DNA from: Bigelowiella natans CCMP2755
Lineage: Eukaryota > Protista > Cercozoa
Length of the DNA stretch: 64,000 bases
Assembly (NCBI GenBank): GCA_000320545.1
Contig: ADNK01001115.1
Coordinates: 1 to 64,000, forward strand
Reading direction: 5' to 3'
Shown: positions 63,544-64,000 of the stretch, piece after piece
How the letters are laid out: the number at the start of each line of letters is the position of its first letter
Position numbering within the stretch: the stretch's first letter is position 1
The notes under the pieces: generated by a model
Seen by the model: only the letters and a program-made list of their open reading frames with translations
Database searches by the model: none
Told to the model about the DNA's origin: nothing
Position numbers and translations under genes: made by a program

Positions 63544-64000
63544 AGGCCGTGCTCTGGACGCGAAGTCGTTTGCCGGCCGTATCAAGCTCAAGGGAAAGTA
63601 AATAATGCACGCACCACCCGTCCCCGTGGAACATACCGAACGTCGTCGTGTCCTTGTACCCATTATTCGACCAGAGAGTGAAAGCTTCAACGGCTGCGTT
63701 GTGTTGTGAGTCATCGACGATGAGTGTATCGTATCTTGCCATAACTAGCATATATAACCCTCCTCTCGCAGGGTGTCGTCTTCTGAGATTGAGAAGCTGC
63801 TGGGTCAGCACCAGACGGTTACTATCTGATGCCACCTACTACCAAACATGCACACTACTGCAGCCCATGTAGGTAGTAGAGTACTGCTTCTAACTTCGTC
63901 TATATCTCTCCCCCTCCCTCCCTCTCCCCCCCCCCCTCTTGTTTTGCCCTTGCTTATACTCCCAAGGTAATGCGTCGGCGGTCGTTCCAGCAGAGGGCTG
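60593..64000 (+). CDS. Unknown multi-exon protein with a long Ser/Gly/Ala-rich low-complexity region; runs off the window end
   Basis: 335-aa ORF at 61636-62643 plus GT-AG-flanked exon-like segments (e.g. SVSGYASVLRKVIGLHERQIRRLQK, ERRREQSRRRTELMKWQRW); no family recognised; start uncertain. Confidence 0.45.

Overview
Gene-dense nuclear DNA of an intron-rich, flagellated eukaryote. It probably has a secondary plastid, because a thioredoxin carries a bipartite targeting presequence; a chlorarachniophyte-like alga is my inference only. I reconstructed about 15 genes by hand from GT-AG splicing, mostly in alternating orientation: the 3' part of DNA polymerase kappa (+), NOP56 (-), an intronless two-TM protein (+), CFAP61 (-), a degenerate PrsW-like protein (+), a membrane-anchored pepsin-family protease (-), a WGR-UBA-SAM-BRCT-SWIM ATP-dependent DNA ligase (-), eIF2A with about 27 exons (+), a plastid-type thioredoxin (-), PXMP4 (-), an HSL-family hydrolase (+), a DCAF4-like WD40 protein (-), a cysteine-desulfurase-like/TtcA fusion (+), SMC4 (-) and an unknown truncated gene (+). 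The most unusual signal is non-coding. DNA downstream of gene 3' ends, including a decayed coding relic at about 34.4-34.9 kb, is strongly depleted in TpA and enriched in TpG/CpA, while CpG is intact and CTAG is largely spared. Copies of a dispersed ~90-bp two-hairpin element in these 3' spacers differ mainly by TA<->TG/CA. Together these suggest a region-targeted TpA->TpG/CpA hypermutation process, opposite in direction to fungal RIP. All counts are hand counts and all exon boundaries are unverified.
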